Origin: Negaprion brevirostris
Taxonomy: Eukaryota
NCBI GenBank assembly: GCA_030324005.1
Contig: JARDVH010000115.1
Span: 40,793,275 to 40,857,274 of the forward strand
DNA: 64,000 nt
Reading direction: 5' to 3'
Shown: positions 27,837 to 39,780 of the stretch, in pieces
How the letters are laid out: each line of letters begins with the position of its first letter
Position numbering within the stretch: the first letter of the stretch is position 1
Program-made: the position numbers and the translations under genes
The notes under the pieces: model-generated
What the model was told of the DNA's origin: nothing
What the model saw: the letters and a program-made list of their open reading frames with translations, nothing else
Databases searched by the model: none

Positions 27837-29310
27837 GTATTACCGCAGTTCATTTACAATCAATTTTCAGAATTATTTACAGGCCGTGGAAAACTAAAGG
27901 CAGAGTGTCAATTGGCCGTGTGAGCTGATGCTAAACCAGTCTGTCTCTTTACACTTAGTAAAGTCTCTCTCTCACTCTTGGACAAAGTCAAGTTTATTTC
28001 TTTATTAGTGTCACAAGTAGGCTTACATTAACACTGCAATGAAGTTATTGTAAAAAACCACATTCTGGGTACATTGAGGAAGATTTAGCATGGCCAATGC
28101 ACCTAACCAGTACATCTTTCGGACTGCGGGAGGAAACCAGAGTGTCTGGAAGAAGCCCATGCTTACGTGGAGAGAATGTGCAGACAGTGATCAAGCGGGG
28201 AATCAAACCCGGGTCCCTGCCGCTGTGAGGCAGCAGTGCTAACCACTATGCCACCAGGGTGAAACTGAGAAGATGTTAGCGCAAAGAGTTATTTCACTGG
28301 TCACCCTGCCAATAAAATGGTGTTTAGGATCACGTGGTCCCAAAACCAAATGGCTCTCTAAGAATCTGCTGGCATTTAACTCAACTAAACAAATCAGTGG
28401 AATATGAGAANNNNNNNNNNNNNNNNNNNNNNNNNNNNNNNNNNNNNNNNNNNNNNNNNNNNNNNNNNNNNNNNNNNNNNNNNNNNNNNNNNNNNNNNNN
28501 NNNNNNNNNNNNNNNNNNNNNNNNNNNNNNNNNNNNNNNNNNNNNNNNNNNNNNNNNNNNNNNNNNNNNNNNNNNNNNTGTGCCCACTCCTGAAATTTTC
28601 CAGACAACAATGTATCAAACTCCAGAAGACATTAAAGGAGTAATTTTCCATATGGATAACGTACTTGTACATGGTTCCACAAAAGAAGAACATGGCCCCA
28701 GAGTTAAAGCAGATTGAGAGTCTTACAGGATGTAGGCCTAATATTGAATGAAAAATGTGAGTTCACCAAAGCTAATATCAAATTCCAAAGTCACATAGTA
28801 CAAGCCACTGAAATCACAGTTGATCCATAGAAAAGCAAGAATAATCAGAGAATTTTCCACAACTCAGGAAAATAACAGCTTCCAAGATTTCTTAGGTTGG
28901 TCAACCAAGTGGCAAGTCCCCACCAAATTTGGCAGAGGGCAGTGGGTCTTTGGGACCACTTTTGAGACATGGTCAATAGTGCTGCTGGACCAGCAAAATG
29001 ATCAAACAACTTTTAATCTCCTTTGAAGTGTTGCCACATTATGAACCAGAATTACCAACTACAGTGGCAGCAGATACATTGTCAAAGGGTCTGGAGGCAG
29101 TATGGTTTCAATTGTAGAGAGATGTTAAATGTAAACCAATTTACTATGCTTCAAGATCATTATCAGAAACAGAACAAAGATATGCCATAATTGAAAAGGA
29201 AGCCTTGGTAGAAATGTGGGCATGTGACAAATTCTCAGACTTGCATGATGGGATTGTGGTTCAAAATTGAAACAGACATAAGGCATACTCAAGGCACCTG
29301 AGAGATTAAC
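27450..29310 (+). mobile_element. Degenerate Gypsy/Ty3 pol (protease-RT-RNase H), interrupted by a SINE and a gap
   Basis: LDTEAGVSIL (protease-like); VPKPNGSLRIC...PEIFQ...HMDNVLVHGST (RT); KPIYYASRSLSETEQRYAIIEKEAL (RNase H). Stops and frameshifts are present. Confidence 0.85.
27991..28255 (-). mobile_element. HE1-related SINE with a different 3' tail, inserted in Gypsy pol
   Basis: HE1-type head and core, but the minus-strand tail is ...cttgtgacactaataaagaaataaac. Confidence 0.75.
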
Positions 29311-30094
29311 CATGTGAAGTCTGAGAAATTTTGGAATGGGGAAGATGCAGCTGGATGTAAATAATATAGTGGTAAATACTTGTGGGGGATTGGTAGATTA
29401 CAAGCTTAACATCAGAAGGTCCTAATGTGATGATGGAAGGAATAGAATTTGCAACCTTGCACAGAGGATCTAATATGTATATATTGGCTCTTAATAAGAA
29501 GGAGTAATGGATTTAACAAACTACAGTCCTGAACAAATTATTTCAGAAAAATAGACAAGCTCCAGAAAAACCCCATTTAGACCCTGTCTGCATGACAAAT
29601 CAGCAAGAAGTCCTATTCACCCATTGCCAGGTGCTTTCTTACCCATATTGCTAGTCAAGTAGCAGTTTGTTTTTAAAATGTTCATTCTTGTTTTCAAATC
29701 TCATTGTGGCCTTTCCCCTCCCTATATCTGCCATCCAGCTCCGCAATCCTCCCTGATTCTGTTCTCCTATCATGCCTCTTGTGCGTTCCCAATTATAATT
29801 AATCTACCATTGGTGGCCTTATCTTTAGTTGCCTAGGTTCAAAGCTTCTCAGTTTCCTCCCTATACCTCTACGCGTCACTTTTCTCTAAAACACTCCTTA
29901 AACCTACCTCTTTTACCAAACTTTTGGTTATCTGCTCTAATATCTCCTTATGTGGTTCCATGTCACATTGTTTTATAATGCTATTTTGAAGGACTTTGGG
30001 ATTTTTTTTGTTAAGGCATTATATAAATATAAGTTGCAGTTGTTGCCTGAAAGCATAAGCTGCAATTTCTTCACCCATCCCCAACAATCGGTGG

Positions 30095-30365
30095 GGGGCA
30101 CGGTGACACAGTGGTTAACCTTGCTGCCTCTCAACACTAGGGACCCTGAGTTAGAATCCAGCCTCGGGTCGCTGTCTGTGTGGCGTTTGCATGTTATCTT
30201 TGTGTCTGTGTGGGTTTCCTCCCACAGTACAAAAATTGCCTCTTAGTATCAGGGGGGCTAGCAAGGTAAATATATAGGGTCAAGGGGATAATGCCTGGGT
30301 GGGATCAGTGTCGGTGCAGGCTTCATGGGCAGAATGGCCGCCTTCTGTACTGTAGGGATTCTATA
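30095..30365 (+). mobile_element. HE1-like SINE
   Basis: Same head, core and tail as the copy at 4047. Confidence 0.8.
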
Positions 30366-32337
30366 AAACTCCATACCCATGTCACTGCTTCCTCATAACT
30401 TTCTCTGGCTGAAGCAAATCAATTACAACCTCAGCATTCTGTTTGACTCCGAGTTGAAATTCTAACCCCATGTTCTTGTCACCGCAAAGACTGCCTGCTC
30501 ATACTTCAGTAATGTCCCTTATCTCTGCCCCTAATGTAGCCTATCTGATGCTGACACTGTTATTAATGCAATTGTCACTTCCAGAGTATAGCATTGCTCT
30601 CCTGGCTAGCCTCCAATCCTTCACCTGCCATAAACCTGAGGACATCCAAATTTCTGCTGCTTGGATTCTAATTTGCACCAAGTCCTAATCTGTCGTCTTG
30701 TAAAGACAATAAATTTGAAATACTTTTTCAGATCTAAGTAGAGCCTCTATTTGGAATTAAAGAGTCTAATTTTGATCTTTTAAAATTAATTGACAGCTAA
30801 AAGAGCATTGTTAGCCCATGACTCAGCACTGCAATATCATCTCGCTGTGTCCAAAACAGTAGCTGCTTCTTGTCATCCTTGCCAAGGAAATTGTTACGAT
30901 TACAACTACTCATTTGTACAGAAACATGATGTCAAGTCACTTGAATGTAATCTCTTGAGTATTCAAATGTTCCCATGTACTTGTATTTAAAGTTAGATCT
31001 TTTGAAAATTCACTTGTGGAAATAACTTTATATTCCATCATTCATTTTGATTGTATTTATGAACTTTAGAGATTTCGGACCCAAGTGCTGTTGCTTAATG
31101 CTGCTACTAATCAGTACACAGCAAGGATTTTACAAGCTACTGTTCCATTGTGCATTGGTTGTTAGCAAGGCGATGCTTCTCTAGCTGTGTTTGGGTAATA
31201 CGTTTTTTTTTAAATGGGGCAGTATTTCAAAATTACCTGCTGGAAAGTAAATTGGAATTTTCTTTTATTCTTTCATGAGGTGAGTGTCATTGGCTTGGCC
31301 AGCATTTATTCACCATTAATTGCCCTTGAGTAGGTGGTGGTGAGCTGTCTTCTTGAACGCCTGCAAGACCAGATAGTGTAGGTACGGTGATGTTAGGAAG
31401 GGAGAATGGATTATCATGCCAGTCGTTGTTCATCGGTGCAGCTCAACCACAACTAGTTACATTATGGATGTTCTTGTGCTATTGATTGGAGGTATAAAGT
31501 TATCCTTCAATATGATTCTGAGTAGTGAAGACTGCTATTGGCGCTTGTGACGTTGCACTTCTGGATGCCAGTTTTTGGTCTACATCTGTCAAACAGCATT
31601 AAATCATAATCAGAAATGGGGGAAGTTAGCTTAGTTGGCTAGACAGCTACTGTGTAGTTCAGAGTAACACCAGCATAGATTCCCATAATGGCTGAAATAG
31701 ACTTGGAAACCTGCCTCCTTGCCTTGCCTTGCCACGTAGTAAAATTGTGGCATATGCTGTGGTTCACTGACCCTCGAATAATCTAGGATGCTATCTAGAG
31801 AAGTAAGGGTGAGTGGTACAAAAGTAGGAAGAAGGATTGACAGTGTCAGTAAGTACGTATTTTAATTGAATTTGGATTTCTTTTTAAATTTATCCATATT
31901 TGATTTTTCCATTCTATTGAATGGAGACATTCATACAAAAGAGGAAATGTCCTTCACATATCCTGACAGTAACACTATTGAACAAATGCGATCATTTTAA
32001 CACTTACAAGTAGAAAATTGTACAGACTGATCTACCTTGATAATCCAGGATTCATCAAGATTATGAATCCTGATAATTCATACAATTTACTTCAAGGCTC
32101 CTATTGACTTCTCCATTAGATCCAAATGCACCAACAGTTGATGTCCTGTGAGCATGGAAAGCGTAATTGTGTAACTTTGTGTGTATTTAAAACATCTTTG
32201 CATCAAGCCCATGTCAAAGAATAGGCCAACAGTTCACTGCAGCACTATGGGAGTACTGCATTGTCAGCAGTATTGTCTTTTGGATTGTGACATGAAACTG
32301 AGGTTCCTGCTGTCTGTTCAGCTGGACGTAAAAGAAC

Positions 32338-32651
32338 AATAAGAAGTCTCACAACAGAAAGTCTAACAAGTTTATTTGGTAGCACAAGCCACAAGCTTTC
32401 AGAGCGCTGCTCCTTCATCAGGTGAGTGGGAGTTGTGTTCACAAACAGGCATATATATAATGGTCGAAATGTGAGTCTTTACAGATAATCAAGTCTTAAA
32501 GGTACAGACAGTGTGAGTGGAGAGAGTGTTAGGCACAGGTTAAAGAGATGTGCATTGTCTCCAGCCAGGACAGCTAGTGAGAATTTGCAAGACCAGGCAA
32601 GTCGTGGGGGTTACAGATAGTGCGACATGAACCCAAGATCCCTGTTGAGAC
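32338..32651 (-). mobile_element. Penelope-like element 3' terminal repeat, cut by an N gap
   Basis: Aligns by eye to 38890-39230 with scattered substitutions and two deletions. Confidence 0.8.
32390..32426 (-). ncRNA. Minimal hammerhead ribozyme motif
   Basis: Minus strand reads CUCAC-CUGAUGA-A-GGAGC(AGC)GCUCU-GAAA-GCUU-GUG. Confidence 0.7.
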
Positions 32652-33399
32652 NNNNNNNNNNNNNNNNNNNNNNNNNNNNNNNNNNNNNNNNNNNNNNNNN
32701 NNNNNNNNNNNNNNNNNNNNNNNNNNNNNNNNNNNNNNNNNNNNNNNNNNNGAACAATGTTAGAGGCTAGGAATTCTGTGTCAAGATCTGACCTCTTTTC
32801 TCTCTAAAGTCTCTCAAACATCTACAAGGCACAAGTCAGGATTGTGATGGAATACTCTCCTTTTGCCTGGATGAGTGCAGCTCTAACAAGACTCAAGAAG
32901 CTCAACACTCATCCATGGCTCTATTATTTCTGGCAAGGTAAACATTTGTTACTGGTCCCTAATTGTCTTTGGTAAATTGGTGACAAAACGTTCCTGAATC
33001 ATTGCAGTCCATGTGATGTTGGTGCACCCACAATGCTGGTGAGGGGGGGCGTTCTAAGAATACCATTCAACAATAGTGAAAGAACGGTGACAACATTTCA
33101 AATCCGAGGTAGTCAGCGGCAGAGTTGTAATTCACAGGTCCAGGCTAATGCTCTTACATGAGTTCAAATTCTCCCAGAGAAGGTAATAGAACTTAATTAA
33201 TTAATTTGGAATTACCATAATAGTGACCACAAACTATTGCTATCGTTGTAAAAACGCATCTAGTTCATTAATATCCATTTTAGGGAAGGAAATCCGCTGT
33301 TTTTACTTGGCATGGCTCCATGTGACTCCAAACCCAGAGCAATATGGCTGAAACTTAAAATGCCCTCTGAAATGGCTTTGCGATGACTCAGTGTATCAA

Positions 33400-35570
33400 A
33401 CTGCTACAGAAAAGTTAAAAAGGAATGAAACCGATGGATTACAGCATGACATAAACACCAGAAAAGACAGTGGTGCACACAGCCCTGTCACTCTGTCCTC
33501 CTTACCAATATCTAAGGGTTTGTACCGAAATTGAGAGACCTGTTCCACAGATAAATCAAGCAACGGTCTGATATAGTCATACTCACTGATTTATTTTTTA
33601 AAATGTTGCAGACATGCCATTACCATCCCTGAGTATCACCACCAGACCTGACACCTCAGTGGTATATAGTCAAGAGGGAATTGTCCTCAGAGCTTTCAAC
33701 ATTGAATCCCAATTCCATGAAGTCTCATGGTATCAGGTCAAATGTGAGCAAGGAAACTTCCTCCTGTTGCTGCCCCTTAGCTGATGAATCAGTACTGCAC
33801 TGTGCTGAAAACTGAATAGAAGAAGCACTATAAGTGGCAAACACATAAATTGTACTCTGGCAGATGATTTCAATGTTCATCAGCAAGACTAGTTTGGCAG
33901 TACCATTACTGACCAGCTGGCTGAGTTCTGAGAGGCATAGCTACTAGACTCGTCCGGCAACAGGTGGTGAGAGAACAGCTGCTTGGAGGAGCATGAGACA
34001 TACCTAAAAATGAGGTGTCAGCCTGGTGAAGCTACAAATACAGCATCACTTGCATGCCACCATTGGAAGCAGCATGCCACAAATAGAGCGAAGCAATTCC
34101 ATAGCTAATAGATCAGATCTAAGCTCTGTAGTCCTGCCACAGTTGTAACTGGTGGATAATTAAACAACTAGCGAATAAGGTTCCAGAGACACTCCCACCA
34201 TCAATGACTGGGGAGTCCAGAACATTAGTGCAAAAGAGAAGACGGAAACATTTAGAACCATCTTCAACTAGAAGTGCAATGTGGATGATCTATCATGGCT
34301 TCCTCGTTTGATTCCCAGCATCACAAATGCCGGTTTTCAGCCAATTTAATTCATAGTCATACAGCATAGAAACAGGGTCTTCAGCTGACCATGTCTATGC
34401 CGATCATCAAATACCAATCCATACCAATTCCATTTACCAGCACTTGGTCCATAGTCTACTATAGCTTGGCGATTTAAGCACTCATCCAGATGCTTCTTAA
34501 ATGTTGTGGGACACCACCCTCTCAGGCAACATGTTCCATATTTCCATCACCCTCTGGGTGAAAAAATCTTTTCTCAGATCCCCTCTAAACCACTTACTTC
34601 TCACCTTATACCTATGCCCTCTGGTCTTAAGACATCTTGAGCATGGGGGAAGTTTATCATCTATCCTTATCTATACCTCTCATTATTTTCTATATCTCAA
34701 TCAGATCCCCCCTCAGCCTCTGCTGCTCGAGGGAAAACAAACCCAGCCTATCTGGTCTCACCTCATAGCTGAACCATTCCATCCCAGGCACCATCCTGGT
34801 GAATCTGCTCTACACCCTCTCCAGCGTAATCATGTCCTTCCGACAGTGTGGTGCCCAGAACTATGCCTTAACCAATGTTTTATAAAGCTATAGCAAAACC
34901 TTCCTGCTGCTATATTCTATGCCCCAGCTAATGAACGCAAGCATTCTAAATGCCTTCTTCACCACATTATCTACCTGTGCTGCCACTATCAGGGATCTAT
35001 GGACTTATACACCAAGGTCCTTTTGTTCCTCAACATTCCTGAGGGGCCTACCGTTCATTGTGTATATACTACTTTTATTAGAGCTCCATGCCACATGATA
35101 TCAAGAAATGGCTGAAAACTATGGACCATGACAATATTCTGACAGTAGTACTGAAGAAATGTGCTCCAGAACTAGCCGCAGTCCTAGCCAAGCTGTTCCA
35201 GTACAGCTACAACATTGGCATTTATGTGGCAATGTAGAAAATTGCCAAGGTATGTCCTATCCAAAAAGAACTGGACAAATCCAATGTGACCAATTACCAC
35301 CCTATCAGCCTACTCTCAATCAATACTGTTATCAAGCAGCACTTAGATGGTAATACGTGCTCTCTGACAGGCAGTTTAGGTTCTGCCAGGGTTATTCCAT
35401 TCTACCTCATTACAGCATTGGCTCAAACATGAACAAAAGACCTGAACTCAAGAGGTGAGGTGAGAGTGACTGCTCTGGACATCATGGCAGTATTTGACTG
35501 AGTATGGCATCAAGGAATCTGAGCAAAATTGGAGTTAATAGGAATCAGGGGAAAGCTCTCCACTGCCAAG
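33400..35570 (+). mobile_element. Same CR1-group LINE (endonuclease to RT) with a nested antisense CR1 fragment at 34355-35085
   Basis: APE-like DDFNVH motif and RT-start sequence shared with 14075-14550. Confidence 0.65.
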
Positions 35571-37619
35571 TAAGGTGGTGGAGGCAGGCATGCTGGACTT
35601 GTTTAAGGTGTACTTAGATAGATGCATGAGTGAAATAGGGATGGAGGGATAGAGGAGACTGTTTTAAATAAGGATCAGAGCTTCAGGACGTTCCTGGAAA
35701 TCAACTGTTACATGTGTTGATGTTTTTCTCTTTTACTCCACAGGTGCATCAGTCCACCTTGTTGTCTAACAAGGGGCATACACGCGGTGGGTCATGCGTG
35801 GGCTGCTCTTGGATGTTTCGAGAGTAGCTTAGTACTTCACGTCGTTTGTGTATGCTTAAACTGAACCAGCAGATGGGCACCACGACAGCTCAGTGACTAT
35901 CACTGTTTGCTGTGCAGGTACATGGATTTGGGCCAGTATCTGTGGGAGTTTGCACATTCTCCCCGTGCTTGCGTGGGCCTCCCACACCCCAAAGATGTGC
36001 TCTTAGGCTGATTGGTGTCACAAATTGTCCCTAAATTAGTCTCCCCTTAATGTGGTTTCCAATGTAGAGTGCCATAAGCGTAGACAAAGGTCATGCGTGG
36101 AAGAGGGAACTCACAATGTTAAAATGGCGGCACAGGCTCGTTGGGCTGAAGGGCCTGTTTCCCATTCTGTGTTGTTCTTTGTTCTTATAACTCTCAGTCC
36201 CATTAAATCCCATGTACTCATCCAGAAGTTTCTTAAAAGACCCCAGAGTTCGCCTCTACCACCACCAAATTGGAAATACTCACCAACAAATCATCCACTG
36301 GTTTCCCTGTGATGTCTCTTAGAAGTGAACGCACAATTTCACTGTCACTGTGTCCCTGAGTCCCTCTTGTTTTCTTTTGCTTCTTTAATCATGCTCTGTC
36401 ATTGAAGTCTCACACTCACTCTCATTCCATTAAGCCTCCCTCACCGAGTCTCAGAAAGCTCACTCCTTTAACCCCTGCTGGAGTGGAAGTGAGTGTTAGG
36501 ACATTGATGCACATTACCTTACAGAGCCCATATTTGTTGGCAGTCCCTGAGGTGGGAGTGTTGCGGAGGAAGAGAGGGATGCAGAGGTGGAGTTTTTTTT
36601 ACCGTCAAATCCACACAATGTTGACATGTTGCCTCAGTCATTTTACTGCCAGTGGAATATTTTAGTGCTTCTTTTTAAGCGGTCCACTTTGAATGAGCCT
36701 AGTTTCTTGTAATGCAGAGATCTCTACTTTTTTCCTTCTTGATCGTGCATGCATCATCAACCTGCATGTTGACAAGGGTTTCCTATTGCTAAACTTAAAC
36801 CAAATACAGAGATTCATGAAATTCAGATTTTAAGACGTGACTTTGTTAACCAAAAGGAGAATGATATAAAGTAGCTCAACACCCCAGGTAGAGAATACGG
36901 ACAGCCCAATATCACTGTGAAGAACAATGCCTCAATACATTTTCAAAATCATTTTTCCCACCTTTCCGATAGGCATGATCCAATAAACATTAATACAAAT
37001 CAGTCAATAATCAGCTCTGTCACCATCTTCAACCAGTAACAATTTACATTCTGGGCTCATGGGATCTTATTTGTCCTTAATTTTAGATGTACCTTCCTGT
37101 GTTGCCCAGCAACACACTGGACTGTGAAATGGGAAAATGATTCCCGCAGACTTAAACCCATGTGACACGAGTCCAACTGTGAGAAAATCCTTACGTCTGC
37201 CTTGCACCTGCATTATCAGTTTTGAGCTATATAGTTCTATTCATCAAACTGACGTTGGTAGCCATTTTGTTCCTGACAACTGCTGATAAAGTAGCTGCAT
37301 ACAGTAAAACCATTGTCCCTCGGAATGCAGGCTCCATCTACTAACTCATCCCATCAAACCCTGCTCTATCTTGCTGTTGGCTGAAGTTTCACAAAATGAA
37401 TTCTAAAAGCAAACTGCATTCATTTTATAAATTCAAAATACATGTTTTAAATGAAGAATACTTGTTACTAGCTGTCTTTTATAATGACAGGTTTTGGCAG
37501 CGCTGTCCATTTTCTAAGATCATTCACTCTTCAATCAGTATTGTGTTAATGTTTTCTAACCAAGATTATGTGTTTTCTTTAGCCTAATTTAGCACCCCTA
37601 CATCACTGCAGAAGGTTTT

Positions 37620-38180
37620 TTTTATTTATTCATGGGACATGGGTGTCACTGGCTGGCCACCATTTATTGCCCATTCCAAGTTGCCCTTGAGAAGGTGTTG
37701 GTGAGCTGCCTTCTTGAATCGCTGCAGTCCTTGTTCTGTGGGTTAACCCACAATGCTGTGAGGGAGGGAATTACAGGATTTTGACCCAGCGAAGGAATGG
37801 CAGCGATATATTTCCAAGTCAGGGTGGTGAGGGGTTTGGAGGGGAACTTGTGGTGTTCTCATGTTCTGCTGCCCTAGACCTTCTGGATGGAAGTGGTCAT
37901 GGTTTGGAAAGTGCTGTTGAAGGATTTTTGGTGAACTGCTGCAGTGCATCTTGTAGATAGTACACATTGCTATACTTTGCGTCAGTGGTGAAGGGATTGA
38001 ATGTTTGTAGATATGGTGCAGGCTGCTTTGTCTGCATGGTGTCAAGTTTTTTGAGTTTTGTTGGAGCTCACTCATCCAGGCCAGTGGGGAATATTCCATC
38101 ACACTTCTGACTTGTGCCTTGTAGATGGTGGATAGGCTGTGGGGAGTCAAGAGTTACTCGACAGCCTCTGACCTGTTCAG
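37620..38180 (-). mobile_element. Same CR1-group LINE, 3' end
   Basis: ORF 37743-38150: LSTIYKAQVRSVMEYSPLAWMS. Confidence 0.75.
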
Positions 38181-38655
38181 GTTTTTTAGTTTTTTACTCT
38201 ATGTTCTGCTGATCCACCCTCCAACTACTTCCTGGAGACTAGGCCACAAAACCCCGAGGCAAGTTAGTACTCAGTATTCTGCTCCCTGGAGCAGTCAGAG
38301 ACCGCAAAGTTAAATCTTATGCTTACGTTACTGGAGACACATCTTCTCTAGAATAACTGTGATAATCATTTATGCTGGTGTCATTGTATTATCGATATCC
38401 TCTGATAGCAAGTATATTTTCATTGTTGAGAACACTCATGTGATTTATCCTGCATCAATATTTTATATATGATCAATTTTATATGTAACAAAGTTGAGGA
38501 AATTGGCTGTAATGCCTGCTGTAAATTTTGGTGTCCCTCAGACTGTCTGGAAACAGTTCCATTTTCCTGTGTTTGGTATAGGTGAATGAGAACTAAGGTT
38601 TATTGAAGCCAAAGAATATATCTATTTAAATTTTAAATTTCCTTTATCTCCCCAG

Positions 38656-38757
38656 GTGACATTCAGATTGGAATGGTAGATCGGAAAGGGCAGCTGGAAG
38701 TTGAAGTAATTCGAGCCCGAGGCCTCAATCAAAAAACAGGTTCTAAATCACTCCCAG
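38656..38757 (+). CDS. Isolated RIMS-family (RIM) C2B-domain exon (102 nt, phase 1 to 1): GDIQIGMVDRKGQLEVEVIRARGLNQKTGSKSLP
   Basis: Pyrimidine tract plus cccAG acceptor and CAG|GTAAAT donor. The peptide is close to the recalled RIM1/2/3 C2B start (GDIQIGMEDKKGQLEVEVIRAR...PGSKS.P). The paralogue cannot be assigned, and no flanking RIMS exons were found in the window. Confidence 0.88.
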
Positions 38758-38885
38758 GTAAATAACCAGTTTGACCTTTGTGATGCTGTAGATGTTGAAA
38801 GGCTAAACACAAATGCAGTGATGTACACGTTAACCATGTTCTTGAAATCTAGTGGGTGGGGAGGGGGAGGGTTTCTTCATGAAAA

Positions 38886-39513
38886 CACAGTAAGAAGTCT
38901 CACAACACCAGGTGAAAGTCCAACAGTTTAATTTGGTAGCAAAAGCCACTAGCTTTCAGCGCACTGCTCCTTCATCAGGTAAGTGGGAGTTCTGTTCACA
39001 AACAGGGTATATATAGACACAAACTCAATTTACAAAATAATGGTCGGAATGCGAGTCTTTACAGGTAATCAAGTCTTAAAGGTACAGACAATGCGAGTGG
39101 AGAAAGCGTTAAACACAGGTTAAAGAGATGTGTATTGTCTCCAGACAGGACAGTTAGTGAGATGTTGCAAGTCCAGGCAAGTCGCGAGGGTTACAGATAG
39201 TGTGACATGAACCCAAGATCCCGGTTGAGGCCGTCCTCATGTCTGCGGAACTTGGCTATCAGTTTCTGCTCAGGGATTCTGCGTTGTCATGTGTCGTGAA
39301 GGCCACCTTGGAGAACACTTACCCGAAGTTCAGAGGCCGAATGCCCGTGACTGCTGAAGCGTTCCCAACAAGAGAAGAACACTCCTGCCTGGTGATTGTT
39401 GAGTGGTGTTCATTCATTCGTTGTAGTAGCGTCTGCATAGTCTCCCCAATGTACCATGTCGCGGGATATTCTTTCCTGCAGCTTATCAGGTGGACAACTG
39501 ATTTGGCTCCACA
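38886..39513 (-). mobile_element. 5'-truncated Penelope-like element: GIY-YIG C-terminus plus 3' terminal repeat with hammerhead motif
   Basis: The minus strand encodes ...HSASELRVSVLQGGLHDT*QRRIPEQKLIAKFRRHEDGLNRDLGFMSHYL*, typical of the end of a PLE GIY-YIG domain. The terminal sequence is shared with copies at 12217, 32338, 44190 and 63927. Confidence 0.8.
38947..38983 (-). ncRNA. Minimal hammerhead ribozyme motif (one stem II mismatch)
   Basis: Minus strand reads CUUAC-CUGAUGA-A-GGAGC(AGU)GCGCU-GAAA-GCUA-GUG. Confidence 0.62.
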
Positions 39514-39780
39514 GACGTAAAAGAACCCATGGTGTTATTTAAAGAAAATTGGAGTTTTGGTGTCCTTGCCAACTTTTAATCCAACACAACCAGAATAGAT
39601 GATCTGGTCATTTATCTCATTCCTGTCTGTGGGATGTAACACAGGACAAGATGGCTGCCGTCTTTCCCTTCATTAGAATGATGTTTACACTTCAAAGAAT
39701 TGCCTTGTCTGGAAGGAAATTTGAAACATTCTGAGATGGTGATAGCTATTGCATGAACACAAGTTTGGTTTTTCTAACTG
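39514..39780 (+). mobile_element. 3' half of an old Deu-domain-like SINE whose 5' half is at ~32200-32337
   Basis: gacgtaaaagaacccatgg...gatctggtcatttatctcatt...aagatggctgccg resembles the DeuSINE/SacSINE core. Related degenerate copies lie at 19250-19640(-), 44770-45230 and 55800-55990. Confidence 0.55.

Noticed and set aside
35744-35918. Exon-like segment after a strong acceptor
   Set aside because: It overlaps a SINE head and gives no recognisable peptide, RIMS or otherwise.
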